A stretch of 64,000 bases of DNA from Bugula neritina. Lineage: Eukaryota > Animalia > Bryozoa. This document shows positions 23,111 to 37,610 of the stretch, piece after piece (position 1 is the first letter of the stretch; every line of letters starts with the position of its first letter). The notes under the pieces are model-generated. The model saw only the letters and a program-made list of their open reading frames with translations. It had not been told where the DNA came from and ran no database searches. The stretch covers positions 22,646,628 to 22,710,627 of the forward strand of contig OZ037767.1 of assembly GCA_964035545.1 (NCBI GenBank), read 5' to 3'. Made by a program: the position numbers and the translations under genes.

Positions 23111-26100
23111 ATGGCCGCTTCCATAATGCCACACCTGAGAGTAATGTTAAATTCAAAGCGTTGTACCGCTATTAATTGTATGCCTGGATTGCTGCCCAAT
23201 ACTAAGCGGTTATGCTCGAGTTCTGTGAATGATGTTAAAGAATCTGGTAAAGCAACAAAGCTTTCTCATGGCCCTTCTCTTAAACATTTTCTTGATAAAC
23301 ATAGAAGGTTGGCGGGGAGTCACGGTCAGAATCAGAATCAGAATGACTATGAGAATGAATTTGAAAGTAATTCTAGTTTGAGTCAACAAGTGACCAAAAG
23401 TAAACATATGAACGCTGAACTTGAGCAATCAAGCGTGCATCCGTACATTGCAGAAAATGCTTACGGTGGTCATGGAAGAAAGGGTAAGAACTCAAAATGA
23501 CATCTACTTCTAGTAACATGATCAACATGTTACATGATTGTGATTTAGATTATATTTATGATTTATCATCAGGTGATTATAATTATTCGTTAAGTAATTA
23601 TATTGTAATTAACAGTTGACTAAGAAATTTTTCAATTAATATTTTATGTTGAACAATTGGTAGTAATTCTTGTTTTAGTAAAAAATAATATTGAACATCA
23701 AAATAGCTGTAGTCAAATTGAAATTAAATCTTGTAGGTCATAAGCTCTTGGGTTCTTTTTAATCATACTCCTATTCTTGTGATTACTTATCAATTATTGC
23801 TAATGTTATTACGGTCACCTAGTAGTATTACCTACTTTTAAATAGTTTTTCTCTGGTCACCATATTCTGGACAGCCTTGCCATTAGATTGAGTGAGCTTA
23901 GGCTTTTAGTTTTAGTTTTGTATGCCTAATGATAATTCAACTACTATTACGAAATCTAAAGCTCGTGGTCATTGCTATGCTTTCTGTAAAGCAATGGCTA
24001 GTAGTAATACTAAGCCTAGGGCCACACTGTGCGTATTTTCGCATGCGAAAATTAAAATCACGAGTAGCAAAGGTGTCCACTGTAGCGTCAGTGATGCGTG
24101 ATAAATAAAGCTTTCATTTTTAAATCGCACTGCTTTCAATAAAACGCAATTTACTGGAATATAGCACTAAATAAAGAAATTGGGCTCGCTGAATAGCTAC
24201 CAGCCAATTAGGTGACGACGACAGAGCCGATTCGCACTTGCGTTGAAAATGCAGAGCGACAAGTGCGAAGGTTTTCTCAACGCGCACAGTGGACACCTTT
24301 GCTACTTGTGATTTCAATTTTCGCATGCAAAAATACGCACCGTGTGGCCCTAGGCTTAGTCTAATAGTCATTTTAGTTTTACATAACTAAAAGTAAAATC
24401 ACAACTTTTGCAAGTCAAGTTGTCAAATATATATAAACGAATGCTTTAAATGTAGTTGCTATAATTTTTCTAATCATTTCCATTTTATTTCTACAAAGTA
24501 TGTATATAAATATCACATTCTGAAATATTGTAGTAAATTTTGGGCTATCTATAGTGTTAATAGCTGGTAGATAATCACTTTGAGTTTATGATGATGGCTA
24601 TGTAGTTGACTCACTATGACTAGTAGTTATTCATACGATATGGCGTGATTAGTAGCCAGACAATTATATGCCTTGATAAAGCTATCATTTGTAACCCTCT
24701 AGTAATCATGTAAATAGTTTCCCTGAAGGGGGGTAGAACAATGGCTAAATCTAATAGCTACACCGTCAAGTCTGGGGAATTTCCATCTTCAGATGCATCG
24801 ACTTGCCCCAGAGAATTCTAGAACTTCTGTTTGGATGAATACATGGATGGACAAGGATTGGCTGGCTGGTCCACGGTGTTACTCATAAGCTTAGGCCGGC
24901 CTGTAAATGGGCGTACCATAATATATAAGGAGGTGACTGGCGCCCAGAAAGTTGGAAAGTAGTTAAATACTGTGGCGTTCTTAGTCATTGTGTACTGTTA
25001 TTTTACTACTTGATCATTTACTTTTTGGGTTAATAATAAATGGAGTAGGTTTAACCTTCAAAATAGGCAAACCTACAATACATGTCTACTCACAGAATAC
25101 TCTTGTACCTTTCTTTTGAATAATAACCAGTAAATTAAGTAATAGCATTGGTTCTTCTCAATAACCCACAAAATGGAATTTATATACTCTGAAGTTCCAC
25201 AACAATATATGCTATGTAAGGTTCTACTCACTCGGCAGTCTGTGTTAGAGTCCCCTCATGCAGTCTACTTTTATTCTTCCAATAGCCAATATCTAAGCTG
25301 TACAAGCTGGTTGGAAATCCGAATGCTTGTAGGGCAGTTAGCCAATCACCTCAGATTAGCTTGTAGCTAATCTGATTATAAATACCATAAACTACATTAT
25401 ATTCCAATATAGGCCTATACAAGTGTTGAAAGTTTTAAACTCTCTTTCTGAAATCCATGTTAGGACTGCATCAATTCTTAATTAGCAAGTTTTAATTCCA
25501 GCTAGATTTTTTTTATTTATTTGTATATATTATATAATTTATTAAATTATATATTTAATCAGAATTTTATTTAATTTTGGTTTTGATAATTGTTCTCATG
25601 TATCAAGTTTCAGTCTTGCTTTTTTGGTATTTGTGGTATAATTAACTAGTTTCACAACATACCATATATGGTAAGTGATGACTCACCAGTTTGCTATGTT
25701 GTAGTATATTTTGAGACTTATGGATGCCAAATGAATGTGAATGACACAGAAATTGTTTGGTCTGTACTCAATGCACATGGGTTTGCCAAAACAAAGAACT
25801 TAAAAGAAGTAAGTGATTTCTACTCAAAAAACTTTTGTAGATAATTTAATTGACATTCAGTGCTGCAACACATACAATCAGTAACTAGGCAACCTTTAGT
25901 AGATAGCTTGATACTACTGTTAGAAACACTGAGTTTGTACCATAGCAAATAAAACTTAACAATAAGATTAGAATGTATCAAGCTGTTGGCTTGTCATGAG
26001 CCATGCTAACTCATGTGCCAGCAGACAGAATTTTGTTTATATTCAAATTCATATTGATAATAAGTAACCCATTATTTTATTTTACTAACAAAGCAAATCA

Positions 26101-29100
26101 TAAAATTAAAAATTCTTATGAGATTCAGAGAAAAACCAACTGCTTATTTTTGAATTAATAACGTTGATGACTTCTAGGCAGATGTAGTTCTGCTGATGAC
26201 GTGCTCAATAAGAGAAGGTGCTGAGAAGAAAATATGGAACAGAGTGGATGCTCTCCAAGCTCTAAAGCGTAGACAGAATCCTGTGAAAATTGGTATTCTT
26301 GGTATGTACATGTAATGTCAATAAAAATCCATTTTTTATTCTAGCTTTCCTACTTTGGCAATTTTTCACTCAAAAATTCTCACTGACTGTGGCGTACTAA
26401 TCAGTAGTTGTGTATTGTTTAGGTTCTCTGAAAGAAATTAACAAAATAATTTATACTGTTACAGTAATAAATGTTATATTATATATTTTATGTAATTGAT
26501 AATTGTAAATATTTCATTTGAAATTTTATGTTAATAAAGTTATAAAAACAGTTTAGGCATAATTGTATTGGTGTTGTAGGAGTTGCCTGTTCTGGCAATA
26601 AAACATTTTATCCTTAAAAGTTGCATCTAGTGAGTAGTGGATACATTGTGGTATTTATTTTATTGAATAAAAAATTTGAATAAGTTTTAAAATGACCTCA
26701 TGCTTCTGTACAAGCAGCAACTAAAGTTCACCAAACCCGTAGCAAAATTATTTTTGTTTTTCACTATCAATTTCATGAAAGAATCATCATGGGATTAAAT
26801 CAAAGTTTCTGCAGTAAAAATCTCATGCGAGTATTCATGTGGGTGTGTGCAGATGTCTAGAGTTTTCTGTCCACACGGTCAATACTTAAAGTAGTTGAAC
26901 ATCTGAATCACTCTTCTTTTCTGTAGGTTGTATGGCTGAAAGGTTGAAATCTCAAATACTGGAAGAGAAGAAATCAGTGGACTTGGTGTGTGGCCCTGAT
27001 GCATACAAAGATCTACCCAGACTTCTCTCAGTTACATATACTGGCCAAACCGCGGGTAGATAAATCAGTTTATTCTTCTTGGGTTATTGACTAGATCATA
27101 CTCTCTAATGTGCACTAACCTAAAGTACGGTTAAAGTTTCATTTGCCTCTGACTAAACTCTGTAATTAATCAAAGAAGTTCCAGGTTTTTACATGTAGTA
27201 GTTTTCTTCACAGTTATCATAACATCAACTTTTCTACCTTGTTTTAGTCAACGTCCTGCTCTCATTGGAAGAGACCTACGCTGACGTAATGCCCATCAGA
27301 TTGAGTGAGAGTTCACCGTCAGCATTTGTGTCTATCATGAGGGGCTGTGACAACATGTGTAGTTACTGCATCGTACCGTTCACTAGAGGTCGAGAGAGGA
27401 GCAGACCAATCACCTCTATTCTAGATGAAGTCAAGCAGCTTAGAGATCAGGTGACTATTTTATATCTGTCTGTTTGTCTCGCCAGTTTTCTGTCAGCATG
27501 TTTCTGTGTATTATACAAGTCTGGCGTTGAGCCATATACCAATTCTTCTGTGTTAGCACTTAGCAATCTCCCCAGCTAGACATTTGTTGTGTAAATCTAA
27601 GTTTGCATTATTGAAAGGTACTTTTAAGTGTGATATAATACGGTCCTTATAAATATAATATATTATGTGTTTACAGCATTAGTATAATATATTCTTATGA
27701 TATTTATGCACAGAGTCATTCTATAAGCAGTTCTGGGTTAGGGGGTGACTGAGTGCAATAGCTTGAGATTCCAAGTTCCAACTTAAACTCCAAACTGAAG
27801 AATCACAAACTACTGCACTCAGTCACCCCAAACTCAGAGCTTCTTATAGAACCATTCCTGTGCACATGTCATGTAATATCTACATGTTGTTGAAGGGAAT
27901 AAAAGAGGTCACACTGCTGGGTCAGAATGTCAACAGCTATAGAGACTTGTCAGAATACTCAAGTGCTGATAACTCCAGACCCAAGTCGCCCACTAATTTA
28001 GCTAAAGGTATGCAGTAGTTCAATATCATAGCTTCACTGTTGCATGTCACCTTTCTGTGACATCATCATCCCCTTTCTGTGACATCATCATCCCCTTTCT
28101 GTGACATCATCATCACCTTTCTGTGACATCATCATCACCTTTCTGTGACATCATCATTGCCTTTCTGTGACATCATCATCGCCTTTCTGTCATATCATAA
28201 TCACCGTACTGTGACATCGTCATCACCTTTCTGTCACATCATCATTGCCTTTTTGTGACATTATCACATTCTTGTGACAAATATTAAATACAAAAATAAA
28301 ATGAACAAAGCCAACCGAAAATCAGACCCAGTAACAGTTCAAGGACAAGCTCCACTGTTGTATTTCATGCTAAGTGAACACATCACCTGTAAAGTATATA
28401 TTAATAGACCTGCATACTCATATGCCTTCATGCCGCAGGTTTCAAGACGATTTACAAGACAAAGCTGGGTGGCCTGAGGTTTGCTGATCTGCTTCATCAT
28501 GTGTCAGCCTCATGTCCCGATATGAGAATTAGATTCACGTCTCCTCACCCTAAAGATTTCCCTGACGAGGTATGTTTGTCTATAAACAGTTCTTACATCG
28601 TTTGTATGATCGTTTGTGCTGGCAGCATATTATTCATAGTTAGAGTTGATTGGTCACTGATTGATCATGTGATCATTTTTTCCATGTCGCTACTTGACTA
28701 AATTATTTCACCAGCTATCAACTCTGCACTATTAAGGATTGTGAGGGTTTTAATGTGTAAAGTTTAGATGAATATTGTAGATCTATATACTTCATTTCAC
28801 TGGACACCTTGACTGATAGAATTGTTTTTTGTATTTAAATTTAATGAAATTTAAAAGTAATCATCAGACCTAATAAGTATACAATGTCTTAAATAGTTTT
28901 TATCAACTCTATTATTCTTCAAAGGCAGTTTTTCATCTTCCATCAACTTTGTCTTTTTAGTAAATGATATAAATTACAAACATTGAAAATCTAAGCTCTG
29001 TGACATTTAAAACTTTGATACCAGATGTAAGAGTGTTTCCATCATAATCATGTAGTGTCTGTGTACAGTAAAGTATTTGTGACACAGCCATCCCTTTATG

Positions 29101-31638
29101 AAAGTAGTTACGTTATGCACGTTTTTGCAGGTCTTACAGCTTATCAATGAGAGAGCTAACATATGTAAGCAGATTCACATACCAGCCCAGAGCGGCAGCA
29201 GTGCTGTCTTGGAGGCGATGAGGCGAGGCTACAGTAGGGAGGCCTATCTTGAGCTGATTCAGCACATTAAAGAGACAATACCGGGTGGGTGTGGTTATGT
29301 ACTATGTATATAGGATATATATTGATAATGTGTAGTATAGCTGCAGTGGAATATAATGCATTATATTATATACCATGTGTAAGTTTAGTATGAAATTCAG
29401 AATACTTGCTATGTGTAGTATGACTAGTATCTATTCTAAATTCCATATTGATGGCATATATTGTCTAAATTGTGTAGTGTGCATGAACATTCATTTTATC
29501 AAGTATTTTTAACTCAATAGCATGAATTATTAAGCATACATAGCATGTCACAGTTGTTGTATAATATTTTAACGTTAGTATGTCATTTATGGTAATGTTT
29601 GTTCAACTGTGTGTAGGTTATTTTATCGAGTGCCATAAACAATATGCTATGCATTTCGATGTCAATATAAATGTGTAGTAGACATGTACAATTGTTATAA
29701 TATACAGTGTTAAATGCCAGCTAAATTTTGTAATTCAATGTTTAACTTATATATAATATGATTCAAACATCGGTCAATAAGTTCAATGTGTACAGGTATG
29801 AAGCTTGCATCAACCAATGAACACGCTTGTTGCAGGTATAAAGTTATCTAGTGACTTTATCGCGGGTTTCTGTGGTGAAACGGAAGAAGATCATCTACAG
29901 ACACTCTCCATGTTGGATTTAGTTCGATATCACCGAGTGTTTTACTTCCCTTACAGTCTCCGAGAGGTAGAACTTGTACCTCAACTTCCTCTTTATGCAT
30001 CTGTCTTGAGTTACCTTTCTTGTTAAGTAATTAATGTTCATTGCTAGCTGTGTTTAGAGTTGTCATCTCAAATTTTAAGCTTTAGAGCCTCTTTTCATGA
30101 ACATGATTTAAGGAAGCCCTACATGGCGTTACTATGTAAGCTGAACAGACAACTGTTAGACTAAGTTTTGACGACTTTTTCCTTTGGGGAGCCCCACTGA
30201 TTAATAATTATAATGTTTTGTTTGCTCAATAGAAATAAAATAAAAAAGTGTAAGGATATGCTTCTGAATTATATAGAATTAGATATTCAATTGTCAGCAA
30301 TAGTTTTGTAAAAGGGTGAATGACTCCTAAATATAATTTTTTAAATAGTATTTACCAGACTTCTTATTAGTAGTTATTTATTCCCCTTCCCTACACACTT
30401 ATAGAGTGCAGTAAAGTGCACACAATATACATTTATCTGCATTCGCTCCACTAAGCTACTCCATTTTCTTGTTGTGACTATCTCAATTAAACATGTATAC
30501 CTCCAGTCACCTCTACTGTTGTGTGTCGCTATAGAAAACCCATGCTCATCGTCGCCTCAAGGATGACGTGCCCCATGACGTGAAGTTGAGGAGACATGAA
30601 GAGATCAGTGTGAAATGTAGAAGAATATTTGGAGAGCTCAATGCGGAAGCAGTTGGTGAAACTCAGCTTGTACTCATTGAATCCGTAAGTATTGGCAGTA
30701 TTAGCAGTGGGAGTTGATTGTCGAGTGTTTATCCTTGTTTCTTGTAGCAATAGTAGATTGTGGGTTGTTTCATACTTCTATTGCTTATTGATGTTTTATA
30801 ATCACACCAACTAGTTTGAGGGACATCCTATATGCCACCCTGTCCGATTTGGATTTTCACTTTGGCTCCTTTGTTCTAACCAGATGAATGTGATTCTTAC
30901 TCCTTGTTCTTTTCTTGTTTTAGGAAAGTAGAAGATCTCCTGACCAGTGGGCGGGACGAAACGACGGCAACACAAAAGTTGTATTCCACAAAACATCACT
31001 TCCTGTAGGCGGAGACTCAAGTTGTTCTGGTAACCCGTCTGTTGGGGATTATGTGGCAGTTCATGTGAGTGTTACCTGGTAATACCAATCTTTACTCTAT
31101 ACAATGCCATGGGGAAACTTTCTTCTTTTACATTGATTTATTTTTATAATAGTTATTTCTTGGAGTCTAATTGTATCGTATAATTTGAAAGATGCTGCTA
31201 ATGGTGCAGTTTGCTCTTGTACTCTTGGGTGCAATTATACAAGCTATGATGTCATACTTGCTGATATAAACTGGCTAAGTAGTTGTGTGCAAGGTTTCAT
31301 CAAGTAAGGCGGTAGGGGAGGGAAAGACAGGAGCTATCAATAAACTATATTTTTCCAATTGTCAGCAATGGGATGTAGCCAGTGCTTCAGCTTAGACCTC
31401 AATCACATAGTGTAGAGGGTGGAGCTGTGATATGTTAGCAATATATTATAAGGGACAGTGTGGCAATGCAATATCTATATAAGCTATTGATAACCCTCTA
31501 ACCATCTTATAGATAACAGAGTCTTCATCGCAGACTTTGAAGGGAGAGCCTCTGTTTATTACATCACTGCAGACGTTCACTGAAGACATGATTCATCACA
31601 ATAGGGATTCCCACAACACACAAGTTCTGAACAGATAA
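23111..31638 (+). CDS. CDK5RAP1: Mitochondrial tRNA methylthiotransferase (MiaB family, radical SAM + TRAM)
   Basis: 12 exons, approximately 23111-23483, 25705-25808, 26178-26301, 26928-27055, 27248-27450, 27896-28007, 28439-28569, 29131-29284, 29836-29966, 30535-30684, 30924-31064, 31513-31638. Motifs [69 protein letters not shown]; basic mitochondrial-type leader. Confidence 0.95.
24014..24355. mobile_element. PIF/Harbinger-type MITE, family A copy 3
   Basis: Same TIRs; flanks TAA (left) and TTA (right). Confidence 0.9.
24690..25077 (+). mobile_element. Possible solo LTR in CDK5RAP1 intron 1
   Basis: TGT...ACA ends, GC-richer U3-like part, TATATAAG near 24922, AATAAA near 25035. No matching TSD found. 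Confidence 0.3.
27696..27873. repeat. Degenerate inverted repeat (foldback/MITE remnant)
   Basis: tgcacag...ttctataag...ggggtgactgagtgca pairs with tgcactcagtcacccc...cttatagaa...ctgtgca. Confidence 0.7.
28045..28265. repeat. Minisatellite: 22-bp unit CCTTTCTGTGACATCATCATC(A/C), ~10 copies
   Basis: Directly visible in CDK5RAP1 intron 6. Confidence 0.95.
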
Positions 31639-32488
31639 TTCCCAGACTACTATCCAAACTAATATCCACTTTTGCTACTTGACTAAATTATATAGTTGGG
31701 CATCAATTAGCTGAACAGAACTTTTATACAAGATACAATTGAATAGCATGACTTTGTGCCACTCTATCTGTGTTTAATGGCTTTGATCTGGCCAGTTGTT
31801 TTAATGCAGTTAACCTTGTATTTCAACAAAATAAATTTTTGTATTTTTATTATTCATTAGTTTTGGGTTTTAACATTATATACTGAGTCTTAATATTGTT
31901 TTGATTGTCTCATGAACACTGAATTGTTATTTAAATAGTTGCTGTTATATTAAAACAATGAATATAAATGTTATCATAATTTATAATATTCAATCATTGA
32001 TAGGAGGCTTTGTACACTAGCTACAACACCAGCAATTAAATTATCTGACCAAGCAATTAAACCTACTGTTAAATCAAATTGTGGCGCCTTTTTCAAAAAA
32101 TCATGTGAATGGTTGGAAATCTTGTTCTTGGCATATACGTCATAACTAACTAAACCTCAACACTACTCAAGTGGTATTTTCAAGTTATAATATTACAGTG
32201 AGCTTTCCTTCATTTGCTAGCACCAGCTAGGGGGTTTTTGGTAGCAACTATAAAATGGTTGCACAATTTTTTTCTAGCATTGATTATTATGCACATGGTA
32301 ATGCCCAACTCTTGAAGTTTAAACAATCTTCTCACACAGCGCCAACAGACTGTTTATTATTAACTATCTGGTAAAAATTGAACTACTTCCACAACTTTGT
32401 TTATAAATTGCCAGTATGTGTTTGTTTAATTACCAGCATTATAACTTCTACATAAGTATATTTAAAGTTCTTTAACAACCTTGTATAA

Positions 32489-32763
32489 CCCCCTGTTCAC
32501 ACATTACCAACGTATAGTACGCCGTAACATAAAATAGCAGCCATTTTTACAAATGTCTGAGCTTCCTGTACGGTGCTACGGTACGTTAGGATCAAGCACT
32601 GCTTGATTCAAACAAGTTGCGGTGGGTTCCTATTGGACAGAAAAACTTTTGCTTCAGCTCATTGGATAAAATTGTCCAATGAGGTGTGTTATATCTTACC
32701 TAATAGCAGACTTTGTAAACTTCATCCCGGACACATTAAAGATGGCTGATATTTTACAGGGGG
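32489..32763. mobile_element. Harbinger-like MITE, family B
   Basis: TAA|CCCCCTGT ... ACAGGGGG|TAA; internal inverted match aaaatagcagccat / atggctgatatttt. Confidence 0.55.
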
Positions 32764-32907
32764 TAAAAGTCTTTGAGTCTAATATCTTGAGAATCTCATC
32801 TTCTCTACACTGAAATCTAAACTAAAAAAACTTTATATGCCTATATAATAAATATGCCTATATTATAAAAAATATTTATAATATGCCTATATAATATACA
32901 TACATTA

Positions 32908-33118
32908 GGGAGCAGCCTTCGTCTAGGGGTTAGAGTATTTGCCTAGTAAACATGAAGTCATGAGTTTGAGCCCCAACAAAGGCCATTGGTGATGTTAGGA
33001 AGAGCATTCAGTCATAATTGCTCCTGTGCCCCATCTGAATAAGTCCTTAGCCTGATTAAAAGACACCCTTCTATCAGGGGTTTTCTCACAGGGCCTGAGA
33101 CTATAAACTGGCGTGAGT
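32908..33118 (+). mobile_element. tRNA-derived SINE (211 bp) with perfect 20-bp TSD
   Basis: TATATAATATACATACATTA at 32888-32907 and 33119-33138; degenerate A/B boxes (gagtttgagccc). Confidence 0.8.
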
Positions 33119-35771
33119 TATATAATATACATACATTACTCATTCTATTATAACTAGCTAGTTTGGTACTAATTGTTATTGTAAAAGCTCAGCTTAAATG
33201 TAACTCCTCAAATCATATGCAAAACTTCACGGTGTCAGAATCATATTATGTATATAGATTTCATCATAGTTTAGCCATATGAAACTCAAATTGCACCACC
33301 CATTTGAAATCAGATATATGAGTTTCTGAACACCAATACCAAAAGTCAATCACCCCAAAATGATGTGACACAAGGAAATGTGAGGGTATTATACTGTTGA
33401 AACTGATTGCATGTTCACTGTTGCATATGGTTCAGTGTGGTTTATATACTTCAGTAGACTATCTCCCAGAGATATAAACAGTATGCACACACACATATAG
33501 AAATTGGCGCATGTTTATAAAGCATAGAGAAACTATCCCGACTTCTTAAACTGTAAATTTAGCTCATAATAAATGCTAATGACTGAAATATGATTTTTCG
33601 ATAACCTTGTTTTTACTAAATACTTGTAGTTAGCAATTATATCAAGTACATCACATAAATAAATGCACCTTTTCACAATAAGTACATCAGTAAATTTACT
33701 TCCAGATAGCTATGGAATTAATGTATATTTTAGTAAAGAGCCTGCAGCAATATGAACTGCTGTATTCAGTTACTCACACACCTGTTGCATATCTCTGGAA
33801 AATTGCCAAGTCAAGGCACTGATTACTAAGAAACTGAAGTTGATGCCAAGTAGCTGCATAGCACCAGCATCGTATTATAACTAATGCTATACTGAGAAGG
33901 TGGATCGAAATAAGCATTACTTTAGTAGAAAAGCTACTAGAATAAGCTAAGCTGTAACTCCACAGAAAGAAGTTTGTATTAAATAATAGCTTTCCTTCTC
34001 TATTAACAAACTACTTGGCGTCAATTTGGAAATTAGGCTTTGGGTATTACTTAAAATAGTCCTAGACAAAGTATCTACTTTATAAATGAGAGAATGCATG
34101 AAAAATAAAACCTGGAAACGGTCTTATAAAAATAGTTCATTAAGCCCCTAAATATTTCAAAACTCATACTATGCTTTGTTTCTTCTAAAGGAGATCTTTA
34201 GGACTATATGACTGTTGACCATATTATGAAGATGTGGTGTACACAAAGGATTGATGATGATGTAACAGCATGTGTATAATTCTAAATAGTCACCACTGAT
34301 ACAAGTCAACTAAACTAATTTCCTACTATATTCATGGGGCTTACCTTAATGTATGTTGTTTGATATGTTATGCCTTTGAGACTGGAGCAATGCATTGCCC
34401 ACAGCTACTTCACCTAGTGTAATATTTGTGAGTGGGGAGGGTGTGGCTAGACAAACAGGTTTCATTTAAAATATATGTCTAAATTAGTTTTAAAATTTAC
34501 TAGATGGGATTGCAATTTCTTTTTAAAATCTAAGATCAAAATCGCAATTGAAGACTCGAAGAAAATTAAAAGTTTGAGTAACTTAAAAAGTGATGATAAA
34601 AATTAAAACAGAGATGAATTGTAGATGTTTCAATATAGTCAGCTTCTCCTTCTCTCATATATATGTATGTATATACCTTTCAGTGAGTGAATGCTCTTTG
34701 TTATTAGCCTAATTTCAATATCGAGGGAGTCTTGTTTTAAGAGAATTTCAGCCAATTACTGATAGAATCTGTACAAGAAAAGTTAAATGACTGCTTATCA
34801 AAATTCCTAAAGTTAATAACTGATAATAAATGACCTCTCTCTTAAAGCTCTTTACAACTCATAGTGGGGTTTATATGATTTATCTATCATGTGACGCTAT
34901 CTATATTTGCACATACAAAGATACTTCACGTGCAAGAAATTATTCAGCTATTATAAAACCAGGCTATGCTTGACCTGTAAAATTACTATAGCCTCAGTTA
35001 AGTAGATCATTCAGTAGTTGTATCAGTGCTCCGTGCAGACGACCTCACAGTAACTGCAGTACTCTGTATATAAGGTAACTAACTAACAGTATTCATTGCA
35101 TGTTGCATTTCAGAGTACAGTGTTTAGGGTGAAGTTACTTAGTTTTTCGAGTACAGTTTAGTAAACTGTCACTATAATATAGTGTTGCGTATATAGTTGA
35201 ACGTGCATGTTGTGCGCATGCTCGTTTGCTCGTTCACTATCGTGCAAACGCTCTCGTGCGCCTGTGCGCCTGTGAGTGTGGATGTGGGTGTGTGTGTTGT
35301 AGCTTGTCCATGTCACTATTCCAGTATTTTATCATATTCTGTTTAGCTGTATTTAGTGTGAGTGTACAGAATTGTTTCGCAAGTTTTGTTATTCTGTTTA
35401 AGTATAGAAAGGATAAAATAATGATATAGTAATATTATATGAATTTCAAACTAACTAGTATATCCCTCGATTCCATGTACAAAGTAATAACACTATTTGT
35501 ATTCAGATAAAGTAAGTTCAACAAATTGTATGCTTTTAGAACTTATTTAAACTTTGAATACACTTTTGAATGGGAATTGCTTAGCTGTCAGAATATTATG
35601 TTGTATGGTAGCTTTATAATGAACAATCTTCATGAGCACACTCATGCACACACACTCTCACACATACACATAATTGTACACATATACATGCGCACATACA
35701 CACGTTATATATAAATACACCAAGTATCTTTTGTAGCACACCTAAACGAATAAATCCTAAAAGGAGACAAT

Positions 35772-37610
35772 ATGGAAGGCATAGAAATACAGGTGAATTT
35801 ATAGAAAAACTTGTTAACATTTAGAACTAAGACTACTCAACAAAGACCATTCATACTAAAATTAGAAAAATATTATATTCCATATTCATAAACCTTAGGT
35901 ATGGCCATTCAGTGAAAAGACAAGCAGATGGAAAGAGTTAGTTGATATTTGGTACCACTTCTGGCAGTATGAACCAATCAACTCGGCTATACTGAACATT
36001 CTAGAAGGGGATAACCGAGAGTTTATTGGCTATGTGTTCAGAGACATGCTGAGTTATGATTCAACTCCTTGTGTTGTAGCCTGGGATACTGTGAAAAACA
36101 AAGTAAAGGCTTTTGTCACCCATAATACAGTGCATTAAATGTGGGGGGGAATAACTGTTTGAGGAAATACAACTTACAAATTGTTAAGGCAACTTATTCA
36201 CATGTATCCAGTAAGCACAACAGGATTCTGATGGACTAAAAATGCTGACTAATTTTACAAGAGAACGTGCTGTAACAGTTTTGTTTACTTTTACACTCAT
36301 TGTTACATATCTGCCTTATATAAGAGCACGGCATATCACTATAATCTAATTATGTATAACAATAATAGTATTTAACAATTAGGATGAAGTAATTCCACTA
36401 TTTTTTAATTTTCTGATTTCCAGGCTGTTGGATTTGTCTTCCCTATGGTTCAGTATACCCCTGAAACATTACCAGCAGATTTGAAAGGTAAAGAGTTGTT
36501 GGACTTTGGAAAGTATCCCTTCAAGCCAGATGTGCAGCAGAAATTGAGAGATATCGGAAACTTCCTTGACAAAGTGTTCACAGAATCAAATCTATTCGCT
36601 CATTTAAGGTGTATTAATATTTCATTTCTATCTATAATCCATTTGGGTGAGATTTTGAGTAGTACAACTATAAGTGTTTTACTACAAACTACTAGAGTCT
36701 TTCTCTCCTGGTGCTGTTGTACACTTCGATCTGAATTTGTTTTAAAAGCCTATAACCATTTACTACCTTGAAATTTTTATATAGCTAGTCCTTATAACTG
36801 ATTCTGGCCTGCATAATGTTTTGGATACGATAAAAAATATCTACATGTAAGAAATTAAAAAAAGGTATCATTAAGTTACAGTTGAACTTTAAATCTTACA
36901 CTCATACACTAATTCTGTCCCACTAAATCAGAGAGCTAGTAAATCTATCTAACCCATTGTTATTTGATAAATTCAGTAGTTCTTGAATTTCGAAATGATA
37001 TAAAATGTGTTACTCAAGTGGTAAAAGGTTTGGTAGTAAATTTTGTAAGTCATGAAGCATATCAATTAAATTAGGTTCACTCATTATAAGGAAAACTTTG
37101 TCCCACATTGAGAGACAATGCTATTCAAAAAAAATGTTTTGGCAGTAAACCATTGACAGTTGTGGTGAACATTAAAAAAGAACTGCTACTGGTAACATTT
37201 GTAAATAATTCTTTTAATTTAACTGATTAAATATCCTAATTGTTGAAGCAATGTTTGGAAAAAATAAAACTCACTTTAAATTCTCTGTACTCAGCCATGT
37301 GCTATGTTACTGTTACAGTGTAGACAAGGTGTTTATGATCCACATAACCAGTGTCTTGAAAGAATACACTAGAAGGGGATTAGCCAATGAAATGACGAAG
37401 AAAGTCTTAGAAGTGGCCAAAGAAGCTGGATTTGAGTATGCAGTTTCAGAAAGTACAAGTTCATACACTCAACACAATAAGATTAAAAGATTTGGTTTTG
37501 AAAAAATATTTGAGATTGACTTTGAGAACAACTATGCCAACTATGACTCCATGCCTGCATTCATAAAAGAATCCCACAAAGCTGTAGCTGTGTTGACTAA
37601 GAGGTTGTAA
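35772..37610 (+). CDS. GNAT acetyltransferase, insect-type arylalkylamine N-acetyltransferase-like, paralogue A
   Basis: Exons 35772-35792, 35899-36102, 36424-36608, 37319-37610 in frame. FxxYEP(I/L) motif, motif A ITSVLKEYTRRGLA, STSSYTQ...RFGF, C-terminal H..VAVLTKRL. Confidence 0.8.

Noticed and set aside
12977-24371. Near-identical short ORFs [20 protein letters not shown] at 12977 and 24120
   Set aside because: Chance frames within MITE family A copies.
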